Shown here piece after piece: positions 39,613 to 49,526 of a stretch of DNA of 64,000 nt. Where the stretch lies: IMG/VR virus record IMGVR_UViG_3300017971_000185, positions 310,001 through 374,000 of that record. One strand, given 5' to 3'. The notes beneath the pieces were generated by a model that was given only the letters and a program-made list of their open reading frames with translations, did not search any database and was not told where the DNA came from. The translations under genes and the position numbers were made by a program. How positions within the stretch are numbered: position 1 is the first letter of the stretch; each line of letters opens with the position of its first letter.

Positions 39613-39765
39613 TTGGTCAATGCCAACAGATCAACCTCACAAGCATCATGTTGGTTCGAGTCCAACCTCCCCCACCCATGGGGGAGTAGCCTAACTGGAA
39701 AAGGCACCAGACGTGTAAATCTGGCGTGTAAACGCAATCAAGGTTTCTCACTCGGCGTTGACCAA
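39613..39765 (+). ncRNA. Y-like RNA type C2
   Basis: TTGGTCAATGCC/GGCGTTGACCAA; CTCCCCCA-CCCA-TGGGGGAG. Confidence 0.8.
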
Positions 39766-39769
39766 GTTT

Positions 39770-39853
39770 TTCTCCCCGAGCGACGGCGCTTTCGCCAACT
39801 CCGTCAGGACCGGAAGGTAGCAGCGGTAACGGAGGACCGGGTGCTCGGGGGAA
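39770..39853 (+). ncRNA. ffs: small SRP RNA (4.5S-like)
   Basis: Helix-8 motif GTCAGGACCGGAAGGTAGCAGC inside a hairpin closed by CCCCGAGC/GCTCGGGG. Confidence 0.85.
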
Positions 39854-39905
39854 CGTTTCACCGAGCCGGGGTCGTCGGTGGGCGCTTATCGCCGCGGAGA
39901 GGCGT

Positions 39906-40085
39906 CTGATCCGGTTCCGGGGTTTGGAGTCGCGTCCAAACCTCGGGCCGGGGAACCCCGCATGATGATTTTCCTTGACCCTTTCTTGGAGGTTCGGCAC
40001 ACTCAACACATCGTAATCCCGAGGGCGGTCGCCCCATCTACGGAACCGGCCTCGAATCTCTAACCCCAACCAGAGCACGGATCAG
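39906..40085 (+). ncRNA. 6S-like RNA candidate
   Basis: 180-nt rod: CTGATCCG/CGGATCAG, GGGGTT/AACCCC, central bubble, GGGCCGG/CCGGCCT. Confidence 0.4.
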
Positions 40086-40087
40086 TG

Positions 40088-40156
40088 ATGGACGACGACA
40101 TTAGCGACATTATCCGACATGGGTTCGTAGCTCAGTTGGTTAGAGCGCTGCCCTGA
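40088..40156 (+). CDS. leader peptide MDDDISDIIRHGFVAQLVRALP, reading into tRNA-Ile
   Basis: ATT..ATT ATC ending 6 nt before tRNA-Ile(GAT); stop lies in the anticodon loop. Confidence 0.6.
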   Translation: MDDDISDIIRHGFVAQLVRALP

Positions 40157-40194
40157 TAAGGCAGAGGTCGCTGGTTCAACTCCAGCCGAGCCTA
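40121..40194 (+). tRNA. tRNA-Ile(GAT)
   Basis: Cloverleaf. Confidence 0.93.
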
Positions 40195-40342
40195 CAGATT
40201 TCCGCAGCCAACAACTGCGGGCCAACACGACCGATAGCGGAAGGAATCCAGCAGCGCAGGGGACGACGATTGATATGTAGAATCGGGCCCTGTTTGACAA
40301 TCTCCGCCGAACCAAGTGCTTGGAACAGAAAGTCCCCTATGA

Positions 40343-40419
<77 letters not shown>

Positions 40420-40485
40420 AGGAGATCCATGACGCGCAAGATCACATACGATGAGCGAATGCCAAGGGCAGATCTACAGATCTGC

Positions 40486-40562
40486 ACCGGGATAGCTCAG
40501 GTGGTCAGAGCGGGGGTCTCATAATCCCCAGGTCGCCGGTTCAACTCCGGCTCCCGGTACCA
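40486..40562 (+). tRNA. elongator tRNA-Met(CAT)
   Basis: Cloverleaf with CCA. Confidence 0.88.
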
Positions 40563-40737
40563 TGAGCGAGATTCCAGACTGTCTCAAATCGCTTCCCCCA
40601 GAGGAGCTAGCGAAAGTCAAACCGATTTCGAAGGAAGAAGTAGACGAGGCCCTGCGGCAAGGGGCCGAAGACAGACGACGGGCCGAGAAGTACGTCAACG
40701 CCGTCGTGATCCCCAACATCCCTTTCAGGTAAGCGCC

Positions 40738-41114
<377 letters not shown>

Positions 41115-41597
41115 CTCCTTGAACGGGAGAGTCGTTCGATGGAATTCGTCAGTGCCGAGCTTGGCTTGGAAAGGCCCTCACCTTGTCATCCCGAGCAGTA
41201 CGTCGTCACCATCGGGCGCGCAGACGAGCCCGTGTCATCCGCATCCTCAGCATCTGGTTTGGTTCGCTACGAGATCATCCCGATTTCGAGGAGAACGATC
41301 CCTGGGTCTATCGCCGCATCAACGGGATCACCACGTGCTCGTGCATCCTGTGCTGCAACATCCGTCGAGCCCGAGGGTTCAAAGGCCCTGTGAGGACTCG
41401 TCAAGAGCGTCTTGCCGAGATTGCTCAGCGAGAGCAGCTAGAGGAGATTCCCTAGCTTTTCAGGCCCGGTTGGCGAATGGTCGCAGGCTCGGGTTGCCTC
41501 CGCGCTGATTGCGCGTGCAACTTTCTTTGGAATTTCGCGTAGAGGTTGTCAGGTCAAGCGAGCCCATTCCGTCTAGCAGTCAAGGAGGCAGAAACCA

Positions 41598-42220
41598 TGA
41601 CTACAATCGGCGTCAACAGCTTCGTGACCAGGCAGACGGCAGACAGCGAATTCACGCACTTTGAGGGTGACGGCGGTTTCGAGCGCGTCGGTGAGTTGGT
41701 CCTGGAGCATTTCTCTATGGCCAAGGCTGGCTACCGGGATGGCGTCGTGTTGGTGCCCGTGCCGCCAGATGGCTTCTACTGTGGTGTGGTCACGCTCAAG
41801 GAAGGCGACAGGCTCGTAGGTCGGTACGAGGCTCGGCGTGAGGGCGAGGAGCCTCGCCAGGAAGTCCGAGTCGTGCGTGCTCGTGTTTTTCGGCCTGGTC
41901 CCAAAGGGATGGAGCCGTCTTGGGAAATTCCGGCGGAGGGAGCAGGTAAAGAACCGTGTCTCCATGTGGACGTGGTGCTCTACCGCCGAGACGTTCTTGA
42001 GAGCAACGGAGAGGAGTGTACGGGCTGCGACTGGGACATCGTGAGCATCAACGGGCGCACCACCGATGAAGAAGCTCCCATCGCGCCGATGACTCTCATC
42101 GCCAATCACTTCGAGCTAGACGGCGGGACGGCGACCGGCATGACGCCTGAGAAATTCGAGGCGAAGTTGCGCGAGTCGGTCCTGTATTGGAAGGACAAGG
42201 CTCTGCTGGCGAGCGAGTGA
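41598..42220 (+). CDS. DUF3228-like protein
   Basis: GYRDGV, YEARREGEEP, DVVLYRRDVL, P..PMT..NH..GGT; SD AAGGAGG. Confidence 0.65.
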
Positions 42221-42284
42221 GTTGCGCTTTTCCCGCACTTTCGGTGTGTAAACTTCTTCGCGAAACCCGCGTAGAGGGTGTGAG

Positions 42285-43106
42285 ATGGCACTCGCTCACT
42301 TCAGCAAGCTCGGTCCTGCTCCGTTCACCGTCGCTGACATGATTGGCCCGGATGACGCGATCTACGGTGGCTCGGACCCATTCGAGGGCGTCGAGGGTGC
42401 CCATGACCGTTGCGAGTGCTGCGGCAAGAAGCTGTCCTGGCGAGTGCTTCTCGTTGATGGCGCTGGCAAGCCTCATGTCGTTGGCCGATCCTGCGCCGCG
42501 CAGGCTGAGGATTTGAAGGGTGTTTCGCTACGGGACGCAGAGTTGAAGGCGAAGCGCCGGGTGCTCGACACTTGGATGACGAGCGAGCATGGTGCGGCTT
42601 TTCGCGAGTGGGCATCGAAGGTGCCTCATCCGAAGGGTTGGAGTGGTCGCTCGCTGCTCGATGACCTTCGGTACTGGACTCGACGCAAAGGCGCGGATGC
42701 CCTTCCAAAGATCCGCAAGGCGCTCAAGGCGTTTGGTGCGGGCGATGCTGCTGAGCTACTGGAGGAGGAGCGCAAGGCCGAGGCTCACAGGGAAGCGAAG
42801 AAAAGGCGCAAGGCTGCCTACGACATTCGGTACAGGCTCCGTTCCAAGTTGGAAGAGGAGAAGAGGACGGATCCTTGGGAAGTACATGAGTGGTTCAAGG
42901 CGCGCCATCTGAATGATTTGGACGCGGACCCTGCATTCCTTGCCAAGTACAACGCACAGGAAGAGGCGAAGCTGAGGAAGCTCTATGGTGAGCCGAAGGA
43001 TTGGGATGCACGGTTCGCTGCTCTTGAAGCCATGACGGACGATGAGCTTTGGACCGCGGCCGAGAAGGCTGGTTGGGTGTATCGAGGAAGGCTCAACGGG
43101 TGCTGA
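42285..43106 (+). CDS. hypothetical protein with CECCG/VGRSC motifs
   Basis: 273-aa ORF directly after the phage promoter at 42247. Confidence 0.6.
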   Translation: MALAHFSKLGPAPFTVADMIGPDDAIYGGSDPFEGVEGAHDRCECCGKKLSWRVLLVDGAGKPHVVGRSCAAQAEDLKGVSLRDAELKAKRRVLDTWMTSEHGAAFREWASKVPHPKGWSGRSLLDDLRYWTRRKGADALPKIRKALKAFGAGDAAELLEEERKAEAHREAKKRRKAAYDIRYRLRSKLEEEKRTDPWEVHEWFKARHLNDLDADPAFLAKYNAQEEAKLRKLYGEPKDWDARFAALEAMTDDELWTAAEKAGWVYRGRLNGC

Positions 43107-43123
43107 GCGAGAGGCTCGGTAAC

Positions 43124-43603
43124 ATGCCTTCTGTGGCTGAGCTATCCTTCCAGACGGCGATCTCGCGGACACGTCTCTCGGCTCCCTCGGCTTACTTGCT
43201 GGATCAGGGGTTGCTGAAGGGGCGCATCCTCGACTTCGGCTGTGGGAAAGGCGACCTAGCCAAGTTTCTGGACGGAGACATCGAGGAGTACGATCCCCAC
43301 TATGCCCCGAAGCGGCCACGGGGGAAGTTTGATGTGGTCGTCTGCAACTACATCCTCAACGTTCTTCCCGAGAAAGATCAGCGCAAGGCTCTCCGAGATG
43401 CGCTTTCGTTTCTCCGCAAGGATGGTGTTCTCTACGTGACCGTTCGTCGCGATCTGGAGAAAGAGGCCACCACCACACTCGGGAAACGGCAGTTTCATGT
43501 GGACTTGCGGATGCCGTCCCTTGTGCATCGCCGTGGGCGATTCGAGATCTACGCCATCAGCGCCGAGCATGTGCGTAAATCAGCAGCCAGATGGCGGCCC
43601 TGA
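43124..43603 (+). CDS. class I SAM-dependent methyltransferase
   Basis: ILDFGCGKG, YDP, FDVVVCNYILNV; start uncertain. Confidence 0.8.
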   Translation: MPSVAELSFQTAISRTRLSAPSAYLLDQGLLKGRILDFGCGKGDLAKFLDGDIEEYDPHYAPKRPRGKFDVVVCNYILNVLPEKDQRKALRDALSFLRKDGVLYVTVRRDLEKEATTTLGKRQFHVDLRMPSLVHRRGRFEIYAISAEHVRKSAARWRP

Positions 43604-43609
43604 CGATGC

Positions 43610-43638
43610 TTGACAACGGCCTGGAGACCAGCTACAAG
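43610..43638 (+). promoter_or_regulatory. sigma70-like promoter of the tRNA-Lys operon
   Basis: TTGACA-N17-TACAAG. Confidence 0.7.
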
Positions 43639-43647
43639 GTCTTAGTC

Positions 43648-43680
43648 ATGTCCGGTATCCGTCTGAAACGCAAGACCTAG
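43648..43680 (+). CDS. leader peptide MSGIRLKRKT (probably leaderless mRNA)
   Basis: Contains both AAA and AAG; pairs with the 5' end of tRNA-Lys. Confidence 0.65.
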   Translation: MSGIRLKRKT

Positions 43681-43719
43681 CCCGAGGGAAGTCCCCTTGG
43701 GCTGGTAGAAGTGCGTTTT

Positions 43720-43795
43720 GGGCCGGTAGCTCAGTAGGCAGAGCGGCGGACTCTTAATCCGCAGGTCGAGGGATCGTCACCCTCCCGGCTCTCCA
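43720..43795 (+). tRNA. tRNA-Lys(CTT) with atypical T loop ATCGTCA
   Basis: Cloverleaf with CCA. Confidence 0.88.
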
Positions 43796-43874
43796 ACGAG
43801 GATAGTGCCGAACCTGCATGCAGTCGGTGCCCCTCGGGTGCGGATCGAGTGCAAGGCGAAGATCCGCACCACCT

Positions 43875-43947
43875 GGGCTCGTAGCTCAATCGGTAGAGCG
43901 ACGGACTTTTAATCCGTAGGTTTTCGGTTCGATTCCGAACGGGCTCG
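43875..43947 (+). tRNA. tRNA-Lys(TTT)
   Basis: Cloverleaf. Confidence 0.92.
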
Positions 43948-44580
43948 CTGTTTTTGAAAGAGAGCTTTGAGTGCTGGAGAAGGTTCCTTCGGCGGACTGT
44001 TGAGGATCTCCAGCAGCCGTTTCATCGCGGGCTCGGGAAGCCGGATGATGGGGTCGATGACCCACTTCTCGCTCTCGTCTCGCTCACTCGACATCGCTTA
44101 GAATCTTACCACCCATAGAGCCTGGTTTTAGCGATCTCGATCGCTCGCTGAAGCGTTAAGCCGTCTCCTTGTTCTTTGCGGCCTCCGGCGTCGGTTAGCT
44201 CGACTTGCCAATGCCCGCACTCTTGCCAGATCGTGACTTGGGTACGGCAGCTAGGTCGATAGCTCGGGTTCATCTGGCCCTTGCGCCTGGCATCCTCGCG
44301 GACCGAACGGCAGAAGAACAGATGGAGTGTGTCTTCGATGGTCGGCGTCAGCCTTCCGATTGGGTCGATGCGCATGTGCATGTCCGGTGGTGAAGCAAGT
44401 GGCGTACCGGACGTGATTTCGCGGGCTTAGGTCGCTCAGCGTCGGTTGTGGCGGGGGATTGCCGCCTGCCTGTCGGCAAATTCACCGACAGGGTAGCCAA
44501 TTGGAGAGGGCTCGGGTATAGTCTGGAGCGTGGCGGTGACGCCACGTTCTCACCAACGGCCAAAGCCAAAGGGTGGGTCA

Positions 44581-45780
44581 ATGACCAAGAGCCGCAAACA
44601 GCGACAAGCTGATCAGCTTGGAATGCCGATTGGGACTGCGCGAAGCAAGCTCCAACGGAAGATCATCTGGGACCTTCTGGTTCGCCAGGGGGAAAACCAA
44701 TGCGCTCGCTGCGACGATTGGATCAACTCAGCCGAGGACTTGGCCATCACCCACATCGAGCCCTGGCTCGATAACGACCCAGAGTTGTTCTGGGATCACA
44801 ACAACGTCGCCTTCATGCACCCGACCTGTGCCGAGGAGTATGCATCAGAGAGGGAGGCTGCACGGCGGCAGAAAGAGCGCGACATGGAAATCGTAAGAGT
44901 AGGAATCATCAACGAGCGAGGAGAATGGCTCCCAGGTTGCTTCCACGATGGGAAGGTCTACGTCGTCGGCAAACATGGTAGCCGGTACAGCATCCACTTG
45001 CGCAATCTCACCGGAGAGCGCATCGAGGTCGTGCTCACGGTCGATGGGCGCGATGTGATCACGGGAGAGGAAGGCTCCACGAAGAATCGTGGATACATCC
45101 TTCACGCTTTCGAGACATGCACGATCGAGGGCTGGAGAACGAGCGACGAAACCGTTGCGGCCTTCCGTTTCGGAGCAGACAAGGACAAGGCGTACTCGAC
45201 ACAGCTAGGAACCGGAGCCCATCTCGGGGTGATCGGTGTGGCTGTCTTTCAGGAGTACTTCAGGCCGCAGTCTTCGTTCACCATCCTGCGGAGTTGCGGA
45301 TACTCCAGCGACTCCATACCTGTCGGCGCGAGCGCGGAGAGCGTGAAGATTTCGGCTTCGACAGAGACGAGTGGCGGAGCAACCTATTCTGTTTCGTGCA
45401 ACAACGTCAGCGACGAACCGATGTTGGGGTTCTCCGACGAGTCACGCAGGGCGTCACGCAGGGAGCGAGAGGAGCGGGCTCAGGCCCCGCTCCGTCGTCG
45501 CAGTATGAGGCGGAAACGGTTGGTCGAGGAACAGGAGCCTCGCGAGGAAGTCAAGCTCGGAACCAAGTTTGGAGAGGAGCGTCGGTCGAAGGTAGGCAAG
45601 ACGACTTTCACACGTCGGACTACGGAGGCTGCCTGGACGCTCACCATCGAGTACGACACGTTCAAGAACCTCAAGAGACGGGGCATTCCGATCAAGCGGA
45701 CGCAGCCGAAGAAGGAAGCGCCCACACCGAGTGCCTTCCCTGCCGACAACGAGTACTGCAAGGCTCCGCCGCGGAGGTAG
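44581..45780 (+). CDS. fusion of a degenerate HNH-like domain with an uncharacterised beta-rich domain
   Basis: CARC..HIEPW..NVAFMH; VLTVDGRDVITG..IEGWRTS..AAFRF..GVIGVAVF. Confidence 0.65.
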   Translation: MTKSRKQRQADQLGMPIGTARSKLQRKIIWDLLVRQGENQCARCDDWINSAEDLAITHIEPWLDNDPELFWDHNNVAFMHPTCAEEYASEREAARRQKERDMEIVRVGIINERGEWLPGCFHDGKVYVVGKHGSRYSIHLRNLTGERIEVVLTVDGRDVITGEEGSTKNRGYILHAFETCTIEGWRTSDETVAAFRFGADKDKAYSTQLGTGAHLGVIGVAVFQEYFRPQSSFTILRSCGYSSDSIPVGASAESVKISASTETSGGATYSVSCNNVSDEPMLGFSDESRRASRREREERAQAPLRRRSMRRKRLVEEQEPREEVKLGTKFGEERRSKVGKTTFTRRTTEAAWTLTIEYDTFKNLKRRGIPIKRTQPKKEAPTPSAFPADNEYCKAPPRR

Positions 45781-47468
45781 CATGAAACGTCGAACGTGTC
45801 CCAAGTGTTTGTCTGGCTGGATCACGGTCCGATACGAGAAGACCCACATCCGTGAACGTCTCCGGTACACCTGCACGAGTTGCGGATATACGTGGACGGG
45901 GCCGTGCGCGGACGAGCGTGACTCGATCTGGCCGCCTCCATCTGGTCCGTGGCAGCCTTCCGGGCCATGGCGACCAAGGCCCAAGCGTCGGGTGGTTCGG
46001 ACGAAAGCCGCTCCCGAGATACCCTGTCCTGACTGTGGGTGTACAGGAGCGCACTTCTGTACAGGCAAGCCGTTGCCCGAGGAGACCATCTACGTGCTAG
46101 AGAGGTAGCATGAGAATCAAGGTCGATCTGAAAGTGCAAATAGACGACGGTCCCGTGAAGGAGTCCACTCTTCGCATGGGGGACAGGGACTACCCTGCGG
46201 AGCAGATTGCTCCTCTCACGGTCGCCGCCGTTACCTACACGATCAACCAACTCCTCGACCAAGATGTCCTGGTTGTGGGACGCGAGCCTTCTTTCGAGGA
46301 GCTTCGCAACGTGTTGCACAGCAGTCTGCATCCGTCATCTGAGGAAATGCGCAAGATTCGGAAGGCCGTGGAGGAGAGCCATGCCACAGATCGCAATCGG
46401 TGATCCAGACCCGCCCGAGACGCCAGGATCAGGGAAAACGTACATTCCGTACTACCCGTATCCCTTCGTTCCGTTCCCGTACATTCCATTCGTGCCCGAT
46501 CCGTATCCGTGGACGCCAGTGCCGAGGGAGAACAGGTGCCCCAGATGCGGGATCAAGTGGGAGGGAGTCATGGGCTATGTTTGCGGAGATCCCAACTGCC
46601 CCATGCAGCCGCGCATCACGTGGTGAAACGGGGTAGACTCCCCACATGCTCGATCGGAAAGAGCTACAGCACTGGCTCAGCGCGAGTATGACCTTCTACG
46701 CCGGGGCCTCCTGCGCAGCGTTTGCGTTCGGGGAACACTTTGAGGGGTTCGTGGGAGTCGCCCTGATCTTGGTGACCTTCGTGGTGTTGGTGACGATGAA
46801 AGGTTCCGACAAAGATGCCGACAAGGACGTTCAACGGTAACGAGATCGAGTGGCTCATGCAGTCGGATCGCGTCGTCCAGACGACGCCCGTGGAGGGGCT
46901 GGAGGGCGGTTACCAGATGAAGGAAGTGGTCGTGGATCATCCAGATGGAAAGCTCTATCGGTTCACGTACTACTACGACACCGAGCACGGCATGACCATG
47001 AGCAGCGAAGAACCTGACGGGAAATTCGAGGCTATCGAAGTCAAGGCTGTTCCTATCACGACGTATCGCTACGAGCCGGTGTAGGCATGTCACAGGATCG
47101 GTTTGTTACCTTCGACAAGCGCAAGCCGACGCGCGATGAGGTCGAGTCTGTGCTTCGCAACTACTTCGATGAAGCTGCGGACATCAAATGGGCCGACGAT
47201 CGCTGGATTGCTACTCTCCCCGGCAAGTGGAGTTTTCCGTTTGTCGAGATCGTTGGGTATTCGCCCCGACCGCGGGAGATAGCGGAGCGTTGGATCGAGG
47301 TCTATGTCGGGAAGCGGTCTAAGGTAGGAAACCTGGACGTGATCACGCGCCAGCAGGATGAATACACCAACGTTCTCGCTGACGGGCTGGCGCGGATGTT
47401 TGCTCGGTATTGGGAAGGCAAGCTGGACGACGGGTCCTAGACACTCCGGCGGCGGCTGAAGAAAGGGC

Positions 47469-47497
47469 TTGACGGGCCGCCTAACGTCCGCTACAAG
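47469..47497 (+). promoter_or_regulatory. sigma70-like promoter of the tRNA-Glu/Asn operon
   Basis: TTGACG-N17-TACAAG; same GCTACAAGG..GTCATG layout as the Lys operon. Confidence 0.7.
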
Positions 47498-47506
47498 GGT
47501 GTTGTC

Positions 47507-47593
47507 ATGTTGAGTCGTCTGAATACCAGCCCGCGCAGGCCCGCTCTCGTTGAACGAGAGCGCGAGGCTGAAGTACGCCTGCGCGGGGAGTAA
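47507..47593 (+). CDS. leader peptide MLSRLNTSPRRPALVEREREAEVRLRGE
   Basis: 5 Glu codons (GAA and GAG) in the 3' half. Confidence 0.75.
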   Translation: MLSRLNTSPRRPALVEREREAEVRLRGE

Positions 47594-47645
47594 CACAGAC
47601 GGTTCCAGACAACAGAGACCGCTGCCCCGCGCAGGAGCTTCACGC

Positions 47646-47718
47646 GCGGGCATCTTCCAAATGGTCAGGATCTCGGCCTTTCAAGCCGAAGATACGGGTT
47701 CAAGCCCCGTTGTCCGCA
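47646..47718 (+). tRNA. tRNA-Glu(TTC)
   Basis: Cloverleaf, loop CT-TTC-AA. Confidence 0.88.
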
Positions 47719-47721
47719 CCT

Positions 47722-47794
47722 GTCCCTGTCGTCTAGTGGCCTAGGATTCTGGAACCTCACTCCAGAGACGCCGGTTCAAATCCGGCCAGGGGCG
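47722..47794 (+). tRNA. tRNA-Glu(CTC)
   Basis: Cloverleaf, loop AC-CTC-AC. Confidence 0.85.
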
Positions 47795-48446
47795 CAGCAT
47801 CCAACATTCCCATGATCTCGTACCAGAGGTCTGCATTGCGAGTCCCAATGGTTAGAGTGCCGTGGTAATCCTGTCTTCGAATCCGACGTTTGCTTGAACT
47901 AGGAAGAACAACCCACGTCCGCTCGTTTTTCAACCTCGAAAGGTTTAGACGGCGTTTCCACCAACGAAGGTGTTTCTCAACATCGTAACCCGGAGCGATA
48001 CACAGTCGGATTGTGAGATCCTGATTCCGCAACCCGAAGCCTCGGAGCCATTTCAGGAAAACTTCGTGTATTCGGGGGTCCATGTTAGACATTGAGAGAT
48101 CGCCAGGTTCTCTCTTGGACCCTTCACCCCAATACAACCCCAGCCCCAACATTAGGAGGTCACGTCCCGTTCCATTTCCAAGGCGATCGGCACCCATTCG
48201 TCGCTGTTTTGTGCGAAGGGCTTTGCGAAGCGCCTGACGTTTCTTGTTCGACCGTCGAAGCGCACGGCTCTGAGGAGCGCGCGCATTGTTGTCGATTTGA
48301 TCGCGTTGCTCCGGCGTAAGTTCGATGTCGTGGCACCAGCGGTGGACGCTGCCGGGCGAAACTCCTAAAGCCTTCGCAATCTGTTTCATGGATCCCCCAC
48401 GTAGCCGCATTTGCCGAGCCTTTTCATGTTCTTCTGGCTTTGCCAT
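47757..48446 (-). CDS. HTH plus LAGLIDADG-like protein, antisense within the tRNA operon
   Basis: SMKQIAKALGVSPGSVHRW; LGLGLYWGEGSK..SNMDP. Confidence 0.65.
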   Translation of the reverse strand: MAKPEEHEKARQMRLRGGSMKQIAKALGVSPGSVHRWCHDIELTPEQRDQIDNNARAPQSRALRRSNKKRQALRKALRTKQRRMGADRLGNGTGRDLLMLGLGLYWGEGSKREPGDLSMSNMDPRIHEVFLKWLRGFGLRNQDLTIRLCIAPGYDVEKHLRWWKRRLNLSRLKNERTWVVLPSSSKRRIRRQDYHGTLTIGTRNADLWYEIMGMLDAAPLAGFEPASLE

Positions 48447-48496
48447 CTCAAACCCACGATACCCACCTACACACCATTGGTCCGAGGGTTCTTTTT

Positions 48497-48572
48497 GACT
48501 CCGTAGCTCAGTCTGGCCAGAGCGGGAGGCCGTTAACCTCTGCTAGCGTAGGTTCGAATCCTACCGGGGTCG
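48497..48572 (+). tRNA. tRNA-Asn(GTT), atypical copy
   Basis: Loop CC-GTT-AA; G1-C72. Confidence 0.85.
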
Positions 48573-48583
48573 CCGATTCACAT

Positions 48584-48656
48584 TCCAGGGTAGCTCAGTT
48601 GGCGGAGCGTCGCACTGTTAATGCGAATGTCGTGGGTTCGAGTCCCACCCCTGGAG
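48584..48656 (+). tRNA. tRNA-Asn(GTT)
   Basis: Canonical U1-A72, G73. Confidence 0.93.
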
Positions 48657-48705
48657 CTATTAAGACCTTACCAGACTTTACTGCGATATGGAGTAAACCA
48701 TCATC

Positions 48706-49506
48706 ATGGGCAGCAAAAGCTCACTTGGGGACCGCATGAAGCGATACGAGCAAGTGCCGCGCACATCGCTCACGCCCCGGACTCCCATGATTATCCGCAT
48801 CGATGGGCGGGCGTTTCACACGTACACGAAGAACATGCAGAAGCCGTGGGACCCGGTTCTGCGGGATGCTCTCACGGCCGCTGCACAGGAGCTTCTGCGC
48901 GAGATTGCTGGAGCGAAGCTGGCTTACCTCCAGTCGGACGAGATCTCTGTGCTCGTGACCGACTACGACAAGCTCACGTCGCAAGCGTGGTTCGACAAGG
49001 TGGCCCAGAAGATCTGCTCCGTGTCGGCGTCTATCACCACAGCCGTCTTCAACCGCGGCGTACTGGAGACTTTCCTTGGGCGCTACGATGTTCGCGAGTT
49101 GAAGGGGGCTGACGGCAGTCTCGACACAGCGATGCTTCCTCCTCCGGCACATTTCGACAGCCGATGTTTCGTGGTCCCGCGTGAGGATGTCACCAACTAC
49201 TTCGTGTGGCGCCAGCAGGACAGCACGCGAAACTCCGTCTCGGCTCTCGCGCAATCGCACTTCTCACATGAGGAGCTACAAGGCAAGAAGTGGGGTCAGA
49301 TGCAGGAGCTACTGTTCCAGGAGAAGGAGATCAACTGGAACGACTGCGAGACCTGGCAGAAGCGTGGTTGGTGTGTCTTGCGGAGCACTGTGGAGATCGA
49401 ACCGGGCAAGATGCGAGTGATCGTTGAGCCGGACCTGGAGGTCCCTGTTTTCTCCAACTATCGCGCGTACATCGAGAAGTATCTTCATTTGGACACGGAC
49501 GCCTAG
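48706..49506 (+). CDS. thg1: tRNA(His) guanylyltransferase Thg1-like protein
   Basis: IIRIDGRAFHTYT, YLQSDEIS, FDSR, YFVWRQQD..RNS. Confidence 0.92.
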   Translation: MGSKSSLGDRMKRYEQVPRTSLTPRTPMIIRIDGRAFHTYTKNMQKPWDPVLRDALTAAAQELLREIAGAKLAYLQSDEISVLVTDYDKLTSQAWFDKVAQKICSVSASITTAVFNRGVLETFLGRYDVRELKGADGSLDTAMLPPPAHFDSRCFVVPREDVTNYFVWRQQDSTRNSVSALAQSHFSHEELQGKKWGQMQELLFQEKEINWNDCETWQKRGWCVLRSTVEIEPGKMRVIVEPDLEVPVFSNYRAYIEKYLHLDTDA

Positions 49507-49526
49507 TCGTTGGGGTATATCTAGGC

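Noticed and set aside
38775-39765. Repeated units that might be a CRISPR array or ordinary tRNA genes
   Set aside because: There is no fixed repeat-spacer periodicity and no cas genes. The units are structured paralogs with permuted or inserted tRNA arms.
43796-43870. Two hairpins between the tRNA-Lys genes
   Set aside because: They lack the CACAAGC module and tRNA arms, and are too short to assign.
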